A stretch of 64,000 bases of DNA from positions 9,364,001 through 9,428,000 of the forward strand of contig NC_087249.1 of the NCBI RefSeq assembly GCF_037042905.1. The letters are read 5' to 3'. Position numbers and translations under genes: made by a program. Shown piece after piece: positions 1-13,154 of the stretch. Origin of the DNA: Lytechinus pictus (Eukaryota). The notes under the pieces were generated by a model. The model was not told the origin of the DNA and did not search any database. It saw nothing but the letters and a program-made list of their open reading frames with translations. Position 1 is the stretch's first letter. Each line of letters starts with the position of its first letter.

Positions 1-382
1 GAAATATTGTAAATATCTCCTCATTGTCCTGTCAAACAGCGTTTTATATCTTCCTTAAATGTGGAATTACCATTGTTTTAAGATTTTATGGTTCAGTCAA
101 GTTGGTTCTTATTGTCAAATCTGTAAAAATTGAAATATTGTACAATTCAAAGTCAAACAATAAAAAACAAAAGAAATAGTGAGCGGGAGACATCATCGAC
201 TCTTTCATTTGCATGTTGCTGAGTTGTGCATATAACTGTTTTGTGAAAAATAAGCGAAATTTTAAAATGTCATAACTTTCTTATATTACATCCGAATTTG
301 ATGAAATTTTCAGCATTGTGCTTATTTAATTTTTCTCTGTTGATTCAAATCATCATTTTTCTGGGGTGGACTTGACCTTTAA
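1..382. mobile_element. Partial non-autonomous DNA transposon ending ggggtggacttgacct+ttaa (Kolobok/piggyBac-type TTAA flank)
   Basis: Terminal motif followed by TTAA. A diverged copy of the same sequence (ttttaaaatgtcataactttcttat...gattcaaatca...gggtgga) occurs at ~33430-33590. Confidence 0.6.
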
Positions 383-1042
383 TACAATACGAATTTTATA
401 CCTTCCTCTTTTTAAATTAGGAACCTGTTTGCCCCCAAATTATGGTTGTTTAGTAATGAGCTGAAACGCGGGATAAGTTGCCTATATGGAGGTGACGGCA
501 GAAATTGATATAAAGATTTTACCCGCCCGTAGCCGACCCGACCAGAAGTTGCGCGACCAATAAAAAAAAAAAACTTCATATACTTCGGACTATCCTTACT
601 CTAATTTCATGCCCTAACGTATATATTTGAACTTTAACTGGCAAGAAACACATATAGCTGAGGTGGAAAAACAGGGTTAGAGAAAGGGTGAGGATAACAA
701 AGGAGAACTGCAATATTGTCATTTAACCGCGCGCAGCGCGGAAGCAAAATTCATGTACTGTATATGAAATTAGAGCAAGAGTGAAGGAATTTCTTTTTGA
801 GAAAAAAAAAGAATAAAAAGAAAAACCCACAAAGCTACCTTTCTTCCCTTTCCTTCCTTCGCTTTTCCTTTTCTCCTCTCTTTTTTCCCCTTCTTTTTGG
901 GGACGTTTTTTTTTTTTTGGGGGGGGGGGCGACCGCCCCCCTGGCTACGCGCCTGGGCACAGACATATAGGGTTGTCACGGGTGAAAAATTATCTCTCCT
1001 TGTCCCCAATTGATAAGGTACTGTCCTTCCTAAATAGGGACA

Positions 1043-1266
1043 GACTGCAAAAACGTCGGTGTTCACTTAACACCAGCCTATCAGTAAATACCAGGGAAGT
1101 GTTGAAACAACACCCGTTTGGCGTTAGGCTAACACCAGATAGGCATTAAAGCAACACCAATAATATCAATTTGATTATAAACTGGTGTTGTTTCAACACT
1201 TTCCTATAGTGTTTACTGATGTAGATACCAGGCTGGTGTTAAATGAACACAAGTGTTTTTGCAGTG
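1043..1266. mobile_element. MITE with CACTG-type TIRs
   Basis: actgcaaaaac..gtgttcacttaacaccagcct / aggctggtgttaaatgaacac..gtttttgcagtg inverted arms and an internal palindromic layout. Confidence 0.7.
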
Positions 1267-1324
1267 AGCAAGTATGCTGACAAGTTTCTTGTTTGAGCTC
1301 ATTTATCACTCTTTTATCTTATTT

Positions 1325-1401
1325 TTGTAAAACATCAACAAACAAAAAGAAAAACAACAGAAGCAGACGAATATTCTAGATGAGAATTCATAATTTTTAT
1401 T
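1325..1401 (-). terminator. Putative polyadenylation site of the SLC24 gene
   Basis: AATAAA on the minus strand at 1401-1396, followed ~35 nt later by a U/GU-rich tract (ctgttgtttttctttttgtttgttgatgtt, ~1360-1331). Confidence 0.5.
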
Positions 1402-2694
1402 GCAATTCTAAATCTCAGCTTGCTTAACACAGCACATGAGAAAGGTCAAAAGTCAAAGGTCATTCTGTCAATCACTAATATGGTAAGGAGTACGGTATAC
1501 ACATTGAAGCGACACATCATTTCACTGAATCAATGCATCTATTCATTGCAATTTAGTCATTATAATATAGGCAACAATATATCTGCCTCTCTAGTTCTTA
1601 ATCTCAAATCCGGTGTAATTCTTTTCAATTCTATTGCCATATTTGTTACTTCATTCGGCACTGTATAATTTAATGTTCCACTTAATGACGACTTCAAATG
1701 TTTTTAGCTATCGAGAAAACAATGTAGATATTCTTGCATTTTTCCTGCTCTACTAACACGGCCTGTAAGTTCTTGAATTGTCTAATATATGAGTAAATAT
1801 AAACACTGTATAATCATCATCAATATTATATATCTAACGAGAAGCAATAGAATTTGGGATTGAAATTACCTAGTGGGTATGATTTAGTCCTCAAAGTGTA
1901 AATAAGTAATGAGCTGAAAATATGGATTGGTTTAGATTTATATATATGATTAAACATATGTTATATACAATTGAAATATATATGATGATATAATTATATG
2001 ATTGTTAACAATATACTAGGAAGGTACATAGAAAATTTGTTGAACAACCATGATAACGTACTTAAATCATTAAGACTAAAAATACTACACCATTCTCTTT
2101 CAATTTAAACAATCCAAAATAGAAAATACATAGACATGGAATATCTTGTGAAATTTTGTTCATGCAAGCACACACTAAAATTGCAAAACAATTTTTGTTC
2201 GATAGCGATAACTTAAGACAATGCTAGAAAATGCATAATATGAAACAAAGTCCTTCATTCAACCCACCCCCCCCCCAAAAAAAAAAAATCCTTCTATATA
2301 TTCGTTGAGTGGCTCAAGCTGGTTGGATCTTATTTTGATAAAGAGATTTAGAATTGTTTAATGTAAAGAAAAGAAATCTGTTAAATCAAACAGATTGCAC
2401 AAATATTACCCATCAGCATTATTCAACACAGTTATATCAAAATAAATCATCATTGCAAACTATAATGCAATACAGTTATATCCAATTTATGTCATAACAC
2501 AAAAATATTTTTGTAAGTTTATCATGTGCACCACAAATGGAAACACTAAATCTAATCATGAAACTAGGTTTGTTAAAAAAAATAATTGTTCATTTCATAA
2601 GCTGAAAGTTACAAATATTGATTGTAAAATTAAATCATAGTGAGTCTGTATATCAGAGATAAATATATTTTGAGCTACAGTAAAGGCTTAGACA

Positions 2695-2966
2695 CACTGT
2701 TAAGAAAACCCTGATTTTACAGAAAAAAGAAGATTTTGCAGAAAGCAATAACAGAATCATTCTGTGAATTCATAAAACAGGAATTTTTTAACAGAACAGG
2801 TCTGTTTAAAAAGGGGAAACGGGTGTTATTTTTAAGGAAATTTGTAAGGTTCCAAACACCAAATACCAATTTCCTGTAAGATTACGCAATCTGGTAAGAT
2901 TACAGGTGTTCTCGAGACTTTGCTGCAGGAACTTCTTTTATTTTAAGGATAAATTTTCTAACAGTG
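2695..2966. mobile_element. CACTG-terminated MITE (EnSpm/CMC-like), 2-bp TSD CA
   Basis: ca|cactgttaagaaaa ... ttttctaacagtg|ca. Confidence 0.7.
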
Positions 2967-5900
2967 CATATAGGATTTTAAAGGAAACATCGGTTTTTAA
3001 ATATCAAAAGAACAATGTCAAAAATTAATGATTTGTTGATTTGCTTATCAAGTCACTAAAATATTGTAATTAACTGCTCTCACACACATAGACTTGTGAA
3101 CATTGAAACACCTACAATAACAAGTAACTTTTAAACAAACATAAAGAAAAGATCTTGGAGAGCAAGTAAAAACAAGTGAAGTAAAATAAAATATCTATAA
3201 TTACAAAAAATCATATAATTGGACAATAAATAGCTTACTGAACACACATGCAAAAATTAAAATAGTTTCCCTTCGCTTTAGCAAATAGAAATGCATGGTA
3301 ATGAACTGTCTTAACTAATATCAATATTGAAAATGTCTCATTTAATCTTTCTGCCACCACAGATTTTGTTTATGTGACAACATTGAATTTGACAATGCAT
3401 TGTTAGACCAATCAATCAGCAAAAATAGAATAAAAAGAATTGAATAATAATATATCTTTGGTAATATTGTACATGACTGCACAGAGAGAAGTCCGTCATG
3501 TCTCTGCAAGAACATCTCGAGATTCGCATTGAAACACCCCATCATTCTTGCATTGACATAATGTGATGCCATGATGACGCCCTTCCACCATCCCGATAAT
3601 TTGTATACATCGCAAGATAGACATGAAGGGTTTCACCTTTTATGGTGTGGGGGTGGACATTTCCAATGGGGGTGAATCTTGTTTTCAGCCTGATGAGTAG
3701 AATTATTATATCAAGTTACCCTGGTTGAGCAAAATAAGCCTGTGTTTTGATAAACTGAGAGTGTTGACAAGATATCTTAATAAAGATCATTGGATGCCAT
3801 ATAAAGACATTTGAACGTAGTAACAGTGAGGGCTATAGATACATGGAGAGATAGATGATAATTTATAAAGACGAGGAGAAGACAGAGAAAGAAATGGAGA
3901 AGAGAGAGACACAGGAAGAGAGAGAGAGTTAAAGAGAGGAACCAAAGGGGTGAAGGGAGATTGGGGAAGGGGTTGAGAAGGAGATAGAAAGGGGGGGGGG
4001 AAGAGAAAGGGAGAGAGAAGGGGAGAGGGGGGGGGAGAGAAAGGAGTGCATAAGAAAATGCTTTATATTTCAATTTTTTTTTTAATGCAAGTAAGAGTAC
4101 AACATCATGTAAAATTTAAATCTCTTAGAGAAACGTTATGGAATCCCTTCAGTCATGTATGTCTGTAAATAAATAATAATTATTTTATTTATATATATAT
4201 AATTATAATCTGTAAATCTCTATATGACTAAAGTCACACATCTGTAGATATAATCCATTTTTCATTGACACAGTGAATATAAAAGAATAAGTAATCTTCC
4301 CTTTCAATACAGCAAGTCGATGGCTTATATATTTGCACTCTTGTATATCATAAAAGAGGAATATGAAAATATAATAAAATACGGTATATAACATATATAC
4401 ATCCTATTAGATACATGTATATGATTATTGTTACCAAACAAGTGAGAAGTCAGCAGATAATTGCACAAAACAATATTTTTTTCATCACAACGAATTGCAC
4501 AAATCTGTTCAGCAGATAAAACACAAAAACAGTGAAATATATTCATTTGCAGTTAACAAAAAAACAAACAAACAAGGTATGTGTCATATGAATGAGCAGT
4601 GGAAATGAGAAACAGAAATAGAGCGTATCAGAGAAAATGAGTGAGAGATTGATATAGAGAGATAGATACAAAAGAAACAGAGAGTGGGAGAGAGAGAGAG
4701 AGGGGGGTGATAAGTGGGGGTAATCTGAGACAATAACAAGCAAAGGCAATAGAAATAGAAATTGACAGAATCTGTTCAGTGTAAATTTAACTTTTAAAAC
4801 ATTTCAAGCATGTGTTTCAGCCTAAAATCACCTAAAATGACCATAAGCCACTATAAATATATATTTTCACACATACATCAGCTGAGATTTATTCTCATAC
4901 CTTGTTAAGTACAATACATCATGAATATATTCCGATAAAAGGTCACTATAGAAAACACAATTGGAAGAAAGACTTAAAAACCATCACAATACCCAAATTT
5001 GAAGCATTCAAATATATCCTTCTTTCCAGCAGAAGCAATGAAATCTATAATGCACAAGTTTTACATAAAACAAAACAAAAATTGATAATAAAAACAGAAG
5101 TATTAAAAAAATTTCAATACAAGACCAGTCACTAATTTTGCACAGCAGAAAATATATACATACATCAAATGTTAATGAAGGCAGTTTAGTGAGCTACATG
5201 TCAGTGGATATAAATGCAATTTTTAATCTTGTTTGATATATTCACGTATTCATTACTTTCCCTTTTCTTTTTTACGACCATCAATATTGACTTCATTTCT
5301 TCAAATTCATGTAATTCATATAAACAATTTGTTGACATTTTCTTGAACCATCCTAGTAGGGTTTTTAGCAGACAAATAAGTTCAAACTTGAGCTTTTGAT
5401 TTGTGGCAATTTGTGGGCTTTTAAAAATAGTGATTGAATTTAACTTTTTTTTCAAATATAAGCATTGAGTAAGAACTTTCTGAGACTGAAAATTGTGGGA
5501 ACAGAGATATTTGACAGTCTAGTCCACATACATATTGAAAACATATAGATTTTTTTCCTTTTTTTTCTTCAACAATTCATTTTGAGGAGCTTCATTAAAA
5601 TGGTGACAAATAGAATAATAAAATTACTGAATATAAACTTCAGCTTATGTTAGAAGTGAGATGTAACATTTCTCAATACTTTTTGTCACTACGGAAGAAA
5701 ATTACAGTAGAAAAGTCCCCTAAAGTGATTACCGGTATATGGGAAATATATATGACACATTTCTGAAAACATGAATCATTTCAGAATCAGATGCGGTCCC
5801 ATACCATCACATCAGTGTGCAGTGCACGTATCTTTTCTTATAATTGTTGATTATCTTCAAATTTTCATGCTTGATTACAAAGTTTATGCACAACCGATAT

Positions 5901-6742
5901 ACAACTCCCCAGCACAAACTTGCCCCAAAGCATCATTTTCCTTGTTTAGAGGAATTAATGATTCAAAACTGTATAGCATTTCAGAGACAAAAATCACTCA
6001 TAAATACACATGTCTCTGCATTAAGAATTTCATAACATAGATAATTCATATCAAAACCATTTTGATTTATCAAATATACATATGCTATATGATATCAATG
6101 GACTCATTTCAAATTCATATTTTTCTTCCTTAATAGAACTATTTCATCACTCATGCAAATCATATTTAAGGGCTCAAGAAGTTAGTTACCTTTCAACGAT
6201 TTGAATATGTAAATGACATACGCTTGGAATTCATTTTGCACACATCTCAAATAATGGTATATGGCAGAAATATCTTAAGAAAGGAACATAAGCACTTATA
6301 CATGTATATTTATATAAGCACATTCAAGTCCATTACATTTGAGGTATAATCTGTCAAAGTATTTGGTACTATCATACTGAGAGTATTTTATAGGGTTTTA
6401 ATTCTTTGACTTTGATACTTCAGCCGTGTTGATTTCAGCTCCAAGAAATGAGTCAGCAAGAGATTATTACAATGTCATATATTTCGAAAAATTCATTGGA
6501 ACAGTACATGCGATAACACTATCAAAATCAAATTTTTTCTCCATGAACCCACTTGGCATTCAGTCAATGACTATCAGTAGGAGAGGTACAAACATGCCTG
6601 CAATGCGAGTCCATAGCAGGCAGAAAATTCTTTCTTTTTTTTGTTTAAAAGGGGCTACCTTTCACAGCCCACATCTCTAATCCGCAACATTTGAGAATCT
6701 TTAACATGGCAGTATATGGGAAATCCCCAGGGCTTTTTTGAG

Positions 6743-6776
<34 letters not shown>

Positions 6777-7794
6777 GGGGGGGGGGGGGGGGGGTAGAAA
6801 CCGCCCAGAGCCCCTGGGTATTTTTCACCCTAGTCCACAGTTGAGAAATAGATGATGTACTAGTATCTCAAACTGCTACATAAAATCTAATGCCCTTACC
6901 TCTCAAAAATATAGAGATGCTGAAAATTGCCATTTAAGAAATACAAATTGACTTCTTCACATGCAAAATCAAATCAATATGTAGATCTGAATTATCCATT
7001 ATAGCTACCATCCTTACAATCTCGAAAGCAGCGTTACATTGCTAACCTTCAAATCTTAAAACTGCACCCCCAACGCACTCCAAGAAAGTCATATATTGAA
7101 TCGTTATGGATGATTGCTCTAAATGGCGAGCCCAGCCCAAATAGTTGATAATCAATGACGCATGCACTATTAAAGAGACACTGCACGTGGACAAATTTCT
7201 TTTCAAGTTCTTGAATGTAAATTATTGATAGGTAGCATGGGTGAGGGTCATACAATACTGGAGGGAAACAAACCAAATTCATGCTCCAGGATGACGTCAA
7301 GATGGGCAATCTTTGATCCCCCATGTTCAGATTGACAGCCAGATAACGAAGAATAGCATGAATATTATTGCCATGAGTAGGGGATAGGATACCCCAACGC
7401 ACTGGCGGGGTGTATGGTGTAAAGTATATCAGAGGGTTGTTAATATAATCCATGTTGCATAAACACTTGGTTCTAAGAAGCAACTACAGAAATTAGCCAA
7501 TTTACCTGACCTGACATTTATCTTTTATCTTACATTTTATCTTATTTACATTTATCTTATCTTTTTCTTTCAAAGAGGGGAAATGACAGGGAGGTGCTAT
7601 CACGACACTTAGAGCTTTGTGGGCATCTCTGAAATATAACCCAGTGATTTGATAATCTATCAAGGGACTCATATACTGAATTAAGCCCAGCATAGGAGAT
7701 TTTCCAAGAGTAATATCTTCAACTTTGGAGACGTTGATAATTACTCCGAGAGCAGGTTTCACTCTTACAGTACGAGTATGTTAACATCATAAGT

Positions 7795-8268
7795 AACATG
7801 GAGTATTTCTAGATAGGGCAGTGTCTTTAAGGATATGTTGATAAGGACTCCTAATACAGGGTGGATATACATACTTCCCATTGACTTCAGGTCCGATTTA
7901 GTCCATGGGTATTTCTAGATAGAGGATAGAGCAGTATTTTCAAGGATATGTTGATCGGAACACCTAAAGCAGGATGGACTTGCATACTTTACATTGTCTC
8001 AAGGTCCGAATTAGACCATGGGTATTTCTAGATTGAGCAGTATCTTTATGTTGATTTGGACTCCTAAAGCAGGGTGGACTTACATACTTTCCGATGAATT
8101 TGTCCATGGTTATTTCTAGATAGGGCAGTGTCTTCAAGGAAATGTTGACAGGCACACCTAAAGCAGGGTCGCTTTACAGACTTTCCAATGACTTAAGGTC
8201 CGCTTTTAAGTCCATGGTATTTCTAGATAGAGCCGTGTCTTCAAGAATATGGTGATCGGCACACCTAC
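7795..8268. repeat. Degenerate ~90-113 bp tandem repeat, about 5 copies, directly after the SLC24 stop codon
   Basis: Motif catgg(g)tatttctagatag..cagtgtcttcaagga.atgttgat..cctaaagcaggg recurs near 7803, 7909, 8022, 8110 and 8217. Confidence 0.85.
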
Positions 8269-8291
8269 ATCACTCTGTCTGGACAGATCCC

Positions 8292-8541
8292 TTATGCCCC
8301 GATGATACATGGAATCGTGTCGGCCAGGAGCAACAGACTGATGGCCAGGAAAGCGATGTAGAAGAGGAACATGAAACCTCCCATGACCTTGGTCATGCGC
8401 CATTTGTTGACTGCGATGAGGATCACCACCAGGATGAGCATTCCGAAGAGGAGGAAGATGGAGCAGAAGAGACCCCTGCTGTCCACGGGCACCGGTGTAC
8501 CGCTACGAGAGAGGCTCCAGAGGATCCATGGAAATGGTAAC
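8292..8541 (-). CDS. SLC24A2: K+-dependent Na+/Ca2+ exchanger (SLC24/NCKX), terminal coding exon
   Basis: Acceptor ctgcag|G at 8541. Reads (G)LPFPWILWSLSRSGTPVPVDSRGLFCSIFLLFGMLILVVILIAVNKWRMTKVMGGFMFLFYIAFLAISLLLLADTIPCIIGA* with TAA at 8294-8292. Phase matches the previous exon (GG|G = Gly). The symbol means closest-like (NCKX1/2 type); orthology is not tested. Confidence 0.93.
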
Positions 8542-8580
8542 CTGCAGAGGGAGGGGAAAGAAAGGGATTAAGATTATAAT

Positions 8581-9048
8581 TGTGACCTGCCACCCCCAAA
8601 CCAACAATAAGTAGACTAAAATGAATATTGAGATATTTATGTAGCTTGAAAATTCATTTCCTACGCTTTAAAATTATTTATGATATGTTAAAATTGACCA
8701 ACAATAACCATTACAAGTACTTGATTGAATGCAGAGGAAATTTGGCAAGAGCTTAAAAAATAAGGAGAAAACAAGGTTTGAAGTTCAGGTTCACTCATGA
8801 GATGAGCATACTGTGTAATCTCAGTGAAACTTCCAAGCAGTCTGAAAAAGTAGTGTCCAGGAAACTCTTGTATCTTTTCTTTTATTCAACTTCACAACTT
8901 CAAATTTTCACAGTATGAAGAAGAAGAATTGCTCTTTTAGGTAAGCTATTTTTTAATTTTTTGATTTTGGAGACTAAATTATTATTTTGGCTATTGACAG
9001 AGAACCTTACCTGGTGACTTATTGGTGGTTTTGGGGTGGTAGGTCATA
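8581..9048. mobile_element. Non-autonomous TIR element
   Basis: tgtgacctgccacccccaaaccaacaataagt ... acttattggtggttttggggtggtaggtcata, ~32-bp imperfect TIRs. Confidence 0.7.
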
Positions 9049-10659
9049 ATTACTCTCTGTTATTCGATTACCATGAGACTCATATTTGCAATAATGACGA
9101 CTCCTACCAATCATTTAACCCCTACTCTCAGACCAAAAGTCTCTTGCAAAAATTGAAATGCTACCTCTTTGTCCTGAAGTCGCAAACAAGGTTGTAAGCA
9201 AAAGCAAAATTGAACAATAAATCCATTACTAGTAGACTACAATAAAGATTAATCCTGTTAATCTTTATTATTGCAAGGCAACTTCAAGCACAAAGATCTC
9301 TGATCTGGATGTGTACACTGCTGGACCAATTGGTATGAAGAGAGGGCGCGGTGATATCTAGTCGTATTGTAGGTAGCTCTTTTCGATCTTCGATATGTTA
9401 ATATGAATTAGGCGATGGGCACCATTGACCATATTTCTTTATCACACATTGCCATATGACTTCTATTTGGAATTGGAAAAAGGCACACATCCTCAATACT
9501 ACAACAATGAACACAACCCCATCCTCCTCCTGATAAAAAGAAAATCTTAAGAAAATCTTAACAGACAAAGACACTAAAACTTAGAGTCAGTCCAGATCGA
9601 TGATCACAGTTATGAGACAATCTGGCTGTTGTGGATTGTAATATACTGTCATTAATACAGTCCCTGTAGACCAAAAGATACAGGGTTCGGTATTACGATC
9701 TAGAATTCTCGCTATTGACAATAACCAAAATTTCCCGGATGTAGCTCATGCCGTTTACAAGTGTGACCCGGTAACTTCCAGTGGCTTGAAGGTAGGAATA
9801 GCAAACAATAAAAGGGATTAACAAGAAGTTTTACAATGATTCTTCCTTGACAAGTAAGAGATTGATAATGCGGTGCGAAAGGGGATGCAACTAGACCAGC
9901 GCTAGCTACGTTAGGAGTAGACTGGATGTTGTTATGTCACACATCACTGAACAAGGATGGAATTTCTAGTTCAGTGCACAAAGTGAATAGCGAATTCACG
10001 CAGTGCACTACGTCCAGGAACTGTAGGTTATATTCGATAGTGAGAATTGTCAAGGTGTTCACTCATCATCACTGATCAACTCAACATTATTCTACTGTGA
10101 GAGCACAATAACAGAGATGAAGATTCTTACAAAGTTTGACATTTAAACGTTCAATCCAACTATACAGCAATTCACATGTGAGGAATCGATAGTCTCCGTT
10201 ACCAAGGTGTTAAGGTCTTCTTAGGTGTTTTAAAGATAACTAGAATATTGTTCTTTTGGAAATGATGATTCAGAATCATCTTTTCGTTTAAATGATAATT
10301 AGATGACATCTAAGAATACACCTGGTGTAAAAACGAGTTGTTAAGAACTTCACCACAATACTCCAACCCAAAATTTGTAGTTATACAATACACCCATCAC
10401 AACATTATTTGCTCCCCTTTGGTGAGGCCCAAGTTGACTTCAAATTTTCATCACTGTGCTTTTTTCAATAATTGTTCAGCTGTATTACCAAAGAAGAGGT
10501 TCAATTCGTTTAAATTAAGGAACAATATACATATCGGGTCAGATAGATCAGCCCCCGAAAGTTGCCCAACAGCCTCCATAACTTGCATTTTTTTGGTTTA
10601 ATACTCAGGATGATTCAGAATGATATATAAGTTGAAAAAAAATCATTTTATTTACTTAC

Positions 10660-10796
10660 CCGACTGTTATGTCAAAGATGTTGCTCCCGACGGAGCTGGA
10701 TACAGCCATGTCCCCAAGGCCTTTCCTGGCTACGATCACGCTAGTAATCAGATCAGGTATACTGGTACCAGCTGCTAAGAATGTTAGTCCCATCAC
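10660..10796 (-). CDS. SLC24A2: SLC24/NCKX exon encoding the alpha-2 repeat
   Basis: atag|GTG...GG|gtaagt, 137 nt. [46 protein letters not shown] is the characteristic NCKX1/2 alpha-2 repeat, including the SIPD and NIFD aspartates. Confidence 0.96.
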
Positions 10797-10871
10797 CTAT
10801 CAAAAGGAACAAAAGAGAAATGTTATTCTATCATTCATCCAAAGAAGGAGAAAGAATCGAAAGGAAAGGTG

Positions 10872-11060
10872 CTGGGGCTCACAGGTCAAGTGGCCAAACT
10901 TTGAACCACAGGGTCCAGGGTTCAAATTCCATTGCATCACTCGTGTCCTCTAGCTGGCAAGGCATTTATCTACATTTGCCACTCTCCACCCGAGTGTAGT
11001 ACATCGGTAACTGGTAGGAAGGAAAATATTCCTTGAATGCTCAAGATAGCTGTGCTACAG
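10872..11060 (+). mobile_element. Degenerate tRNA-derived SINE
   Basis: B-box-like gggttcaaattcc followed by the SINE body gtgtcc..gcaaggcatttatctacatttgccactctccacccgagtgtag, which is related to the SINE at 40170-40456. Confidence 0.6.
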
Positions 11061-11260
11061 CTGTGGAAATAATTTTAAGTTATTAGATACATTGTATCTT
11101 AGGTGTCATGGGCTTCACATAATCACATGCAAAGCAAATGGAGACTGGATTTTGGACTTATACAAGAAAACGAGGCATATGTCATCTGGTTACAAATTAA
11201 AAGTGTTTCTGGCTTTCCATAGTTGAGTGTAATTCATATTTATCACGACTCTTTTTAAGA

Positions 11261-11648
11261 CAGAGTCCTAGGCTGGTATTCAATATTAAGTAAGTATTTT
11301 ATTTAGCACTTTACTTGGCTTTGCAAAAATGCTTGAACTGGTATTCATATCTCATGTAAGTATTTTACTTTATAAAGCCAAATTTAAGCAAAATACTTAA
11401 TAATAACCATTGTGACATCATAGAGTTTTAGCCAAATAATGCGCAATATATGTATTGCAGTATGTATAACTGCGCGTAGGCACGTTTGTGCAGGCAAGCC
11501 AGACTTAAGCCAGGTTGGTGGCTGACTATTTTGCCCCCCCCCCATAAGAAAATGTTACCAAAGATGGTTGAGTATTTTACTTAAGCAAAATACCGAGTAA
11601 AAAACCCTGAAAATTCTGGCTTAAGTATTGAATTGAATACCGACTCTG
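11261..11648. mobile_element. MITE
   Basis: cagagtc..ggtattcaat / attgaataccgactctg imperfect TIRs with internal aagtatttt/aaaatact repeats. Confidence 0.55.
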
Positions 11649-12070
11649 GATATCAAAAAGTGTTATTATGGGGAGAAAAATAAAATGCATTCACATCTAA
11701 CGTAGATTTCACTATGGGCATGTTCTGAAATGGAATAACAAAACTCAGAGAAAATGCTCAAAAAGTTTTGTGTACAAATTTAATGGCTAACGAGGCAAAA
11801 TCGGGGGGGGGGGGGGGGGCTCGAGATCTTTTTTTTTTCTCACCTGAGCGCAAGTGCATGCATAGAAAATAATAAAATGTGACATTTACTGCACAAGTCA
11901 AGACAATATCATCATGGTGTTTTCAGCCTTATTTCAAAGGACAGTGGTAAACCACAGTATTACTTTTATAAGGAACATTTCCTTTTCAATCTTTACAGTG
12001 TCAATTGTATGTTTTATGATCTGTAATATTCTAATATGCAATCAAGCTGAAGTTAGCGGGGAAAATAAAA

Positions 12071-12486
12071 CATCATCATCACCATCATCATCATCATCGT
12101 CATTATCATCATTCATCAGCAATAGCAGCATCATCATCAGCATCATCATCATCATCACCATCATCATCATCATCCTCACCATCATCATCATCGACATCAT
12201 CATCATCATCATGATCATCATCATTATCATCATCATCCTCAGCATCATCATCATCAGCATCATCAGCATTATAATCATCTGCATCACCATCAGCAGCATC
12301 ATCATAATCATCATCATCATCCTTCTCCTCATCACTATCACATCCATCCCCTCCACCATCATCATTAACACCATCCTCCTCCTCCTCCTCATCATCATTA
12401 CCATCTTCATTATCATCATTGTCATTTCTACAATCAGCAAAATCATCATAATCACAAAATATTCTTCATTTCCTCCTCCTCCTCAT
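12071..12486. repeat. Imperfect (CAT)n microsatellite
   Basis: About 400 bp of catcatcat with interruptions. It accounts for the poly-Ile and poly-Met ORFs. Confidence 0.95.
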
Positions 12487-13154
12487 GGCTACTACAAATG
12501 CCTAGGGTTGTGTCAGGGTATGGGGTGGGGGGGGGGGGCAAGATGGGCAAACAGCAAGTTAGATTTATATACAGTGTATGTTCTTGTAGTGAATATAGAG
12601 GTACAGTATATTTCTTATGGTGAATATAGTGGTATTTTTTTAGGTATCGAGACAGAGGGGTGGGAGTCGGAGGAAGGGAGAAAAGAACGGGGGTGGGGGC
12701 ACAAGAATAAAAACAGTGAAAGAATGACATTCAATTCTGTAAACTGGAGCAGGAAATAGAGCAAGACACAGTCCCTTATAGCAACACATTTCTTCACGAT
12801 CTTTCATTTCGATGCCCTCATACCATGACATTTCTCAGAATATTTCCATCCCAATCAATATGCGAGACAGGAAACTCTTACACTGCCACTTGCGTGGTCT
12901 TACTTGTTCCAAGATTAAATCGCAACATGAATCGATTGCTCTTCAAACACCCGCCCTTCCTCAATAATAACTTCTAAGAGGAGGTATAATACAAAAGAAT
13001 CAAGATATTCATTTTCGTATCAAAAGATACAAAATAAATCTTCATCAAATTTCACTCATGAATGTTGCTGTGAGACACAGAGATGTAAATTTCTTTCATA
13101 GACTTTGTTACGCCCATCCATCATTTTTATAGGAATATTTCCCTTTCCAATAAA

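Noticed and set aside
6746..6794. Poly-T/poly-G run as a functional element
   Set aside because: Such homopolymer pairs recur in the window (e.g. ~906-929 and ~21949-21974) and look like ordinary low-complexity sequence.
11914..12759. 281-aa and 137-aa ORFs
   Set aside because: Translations of a (CAT)n microsatellite.
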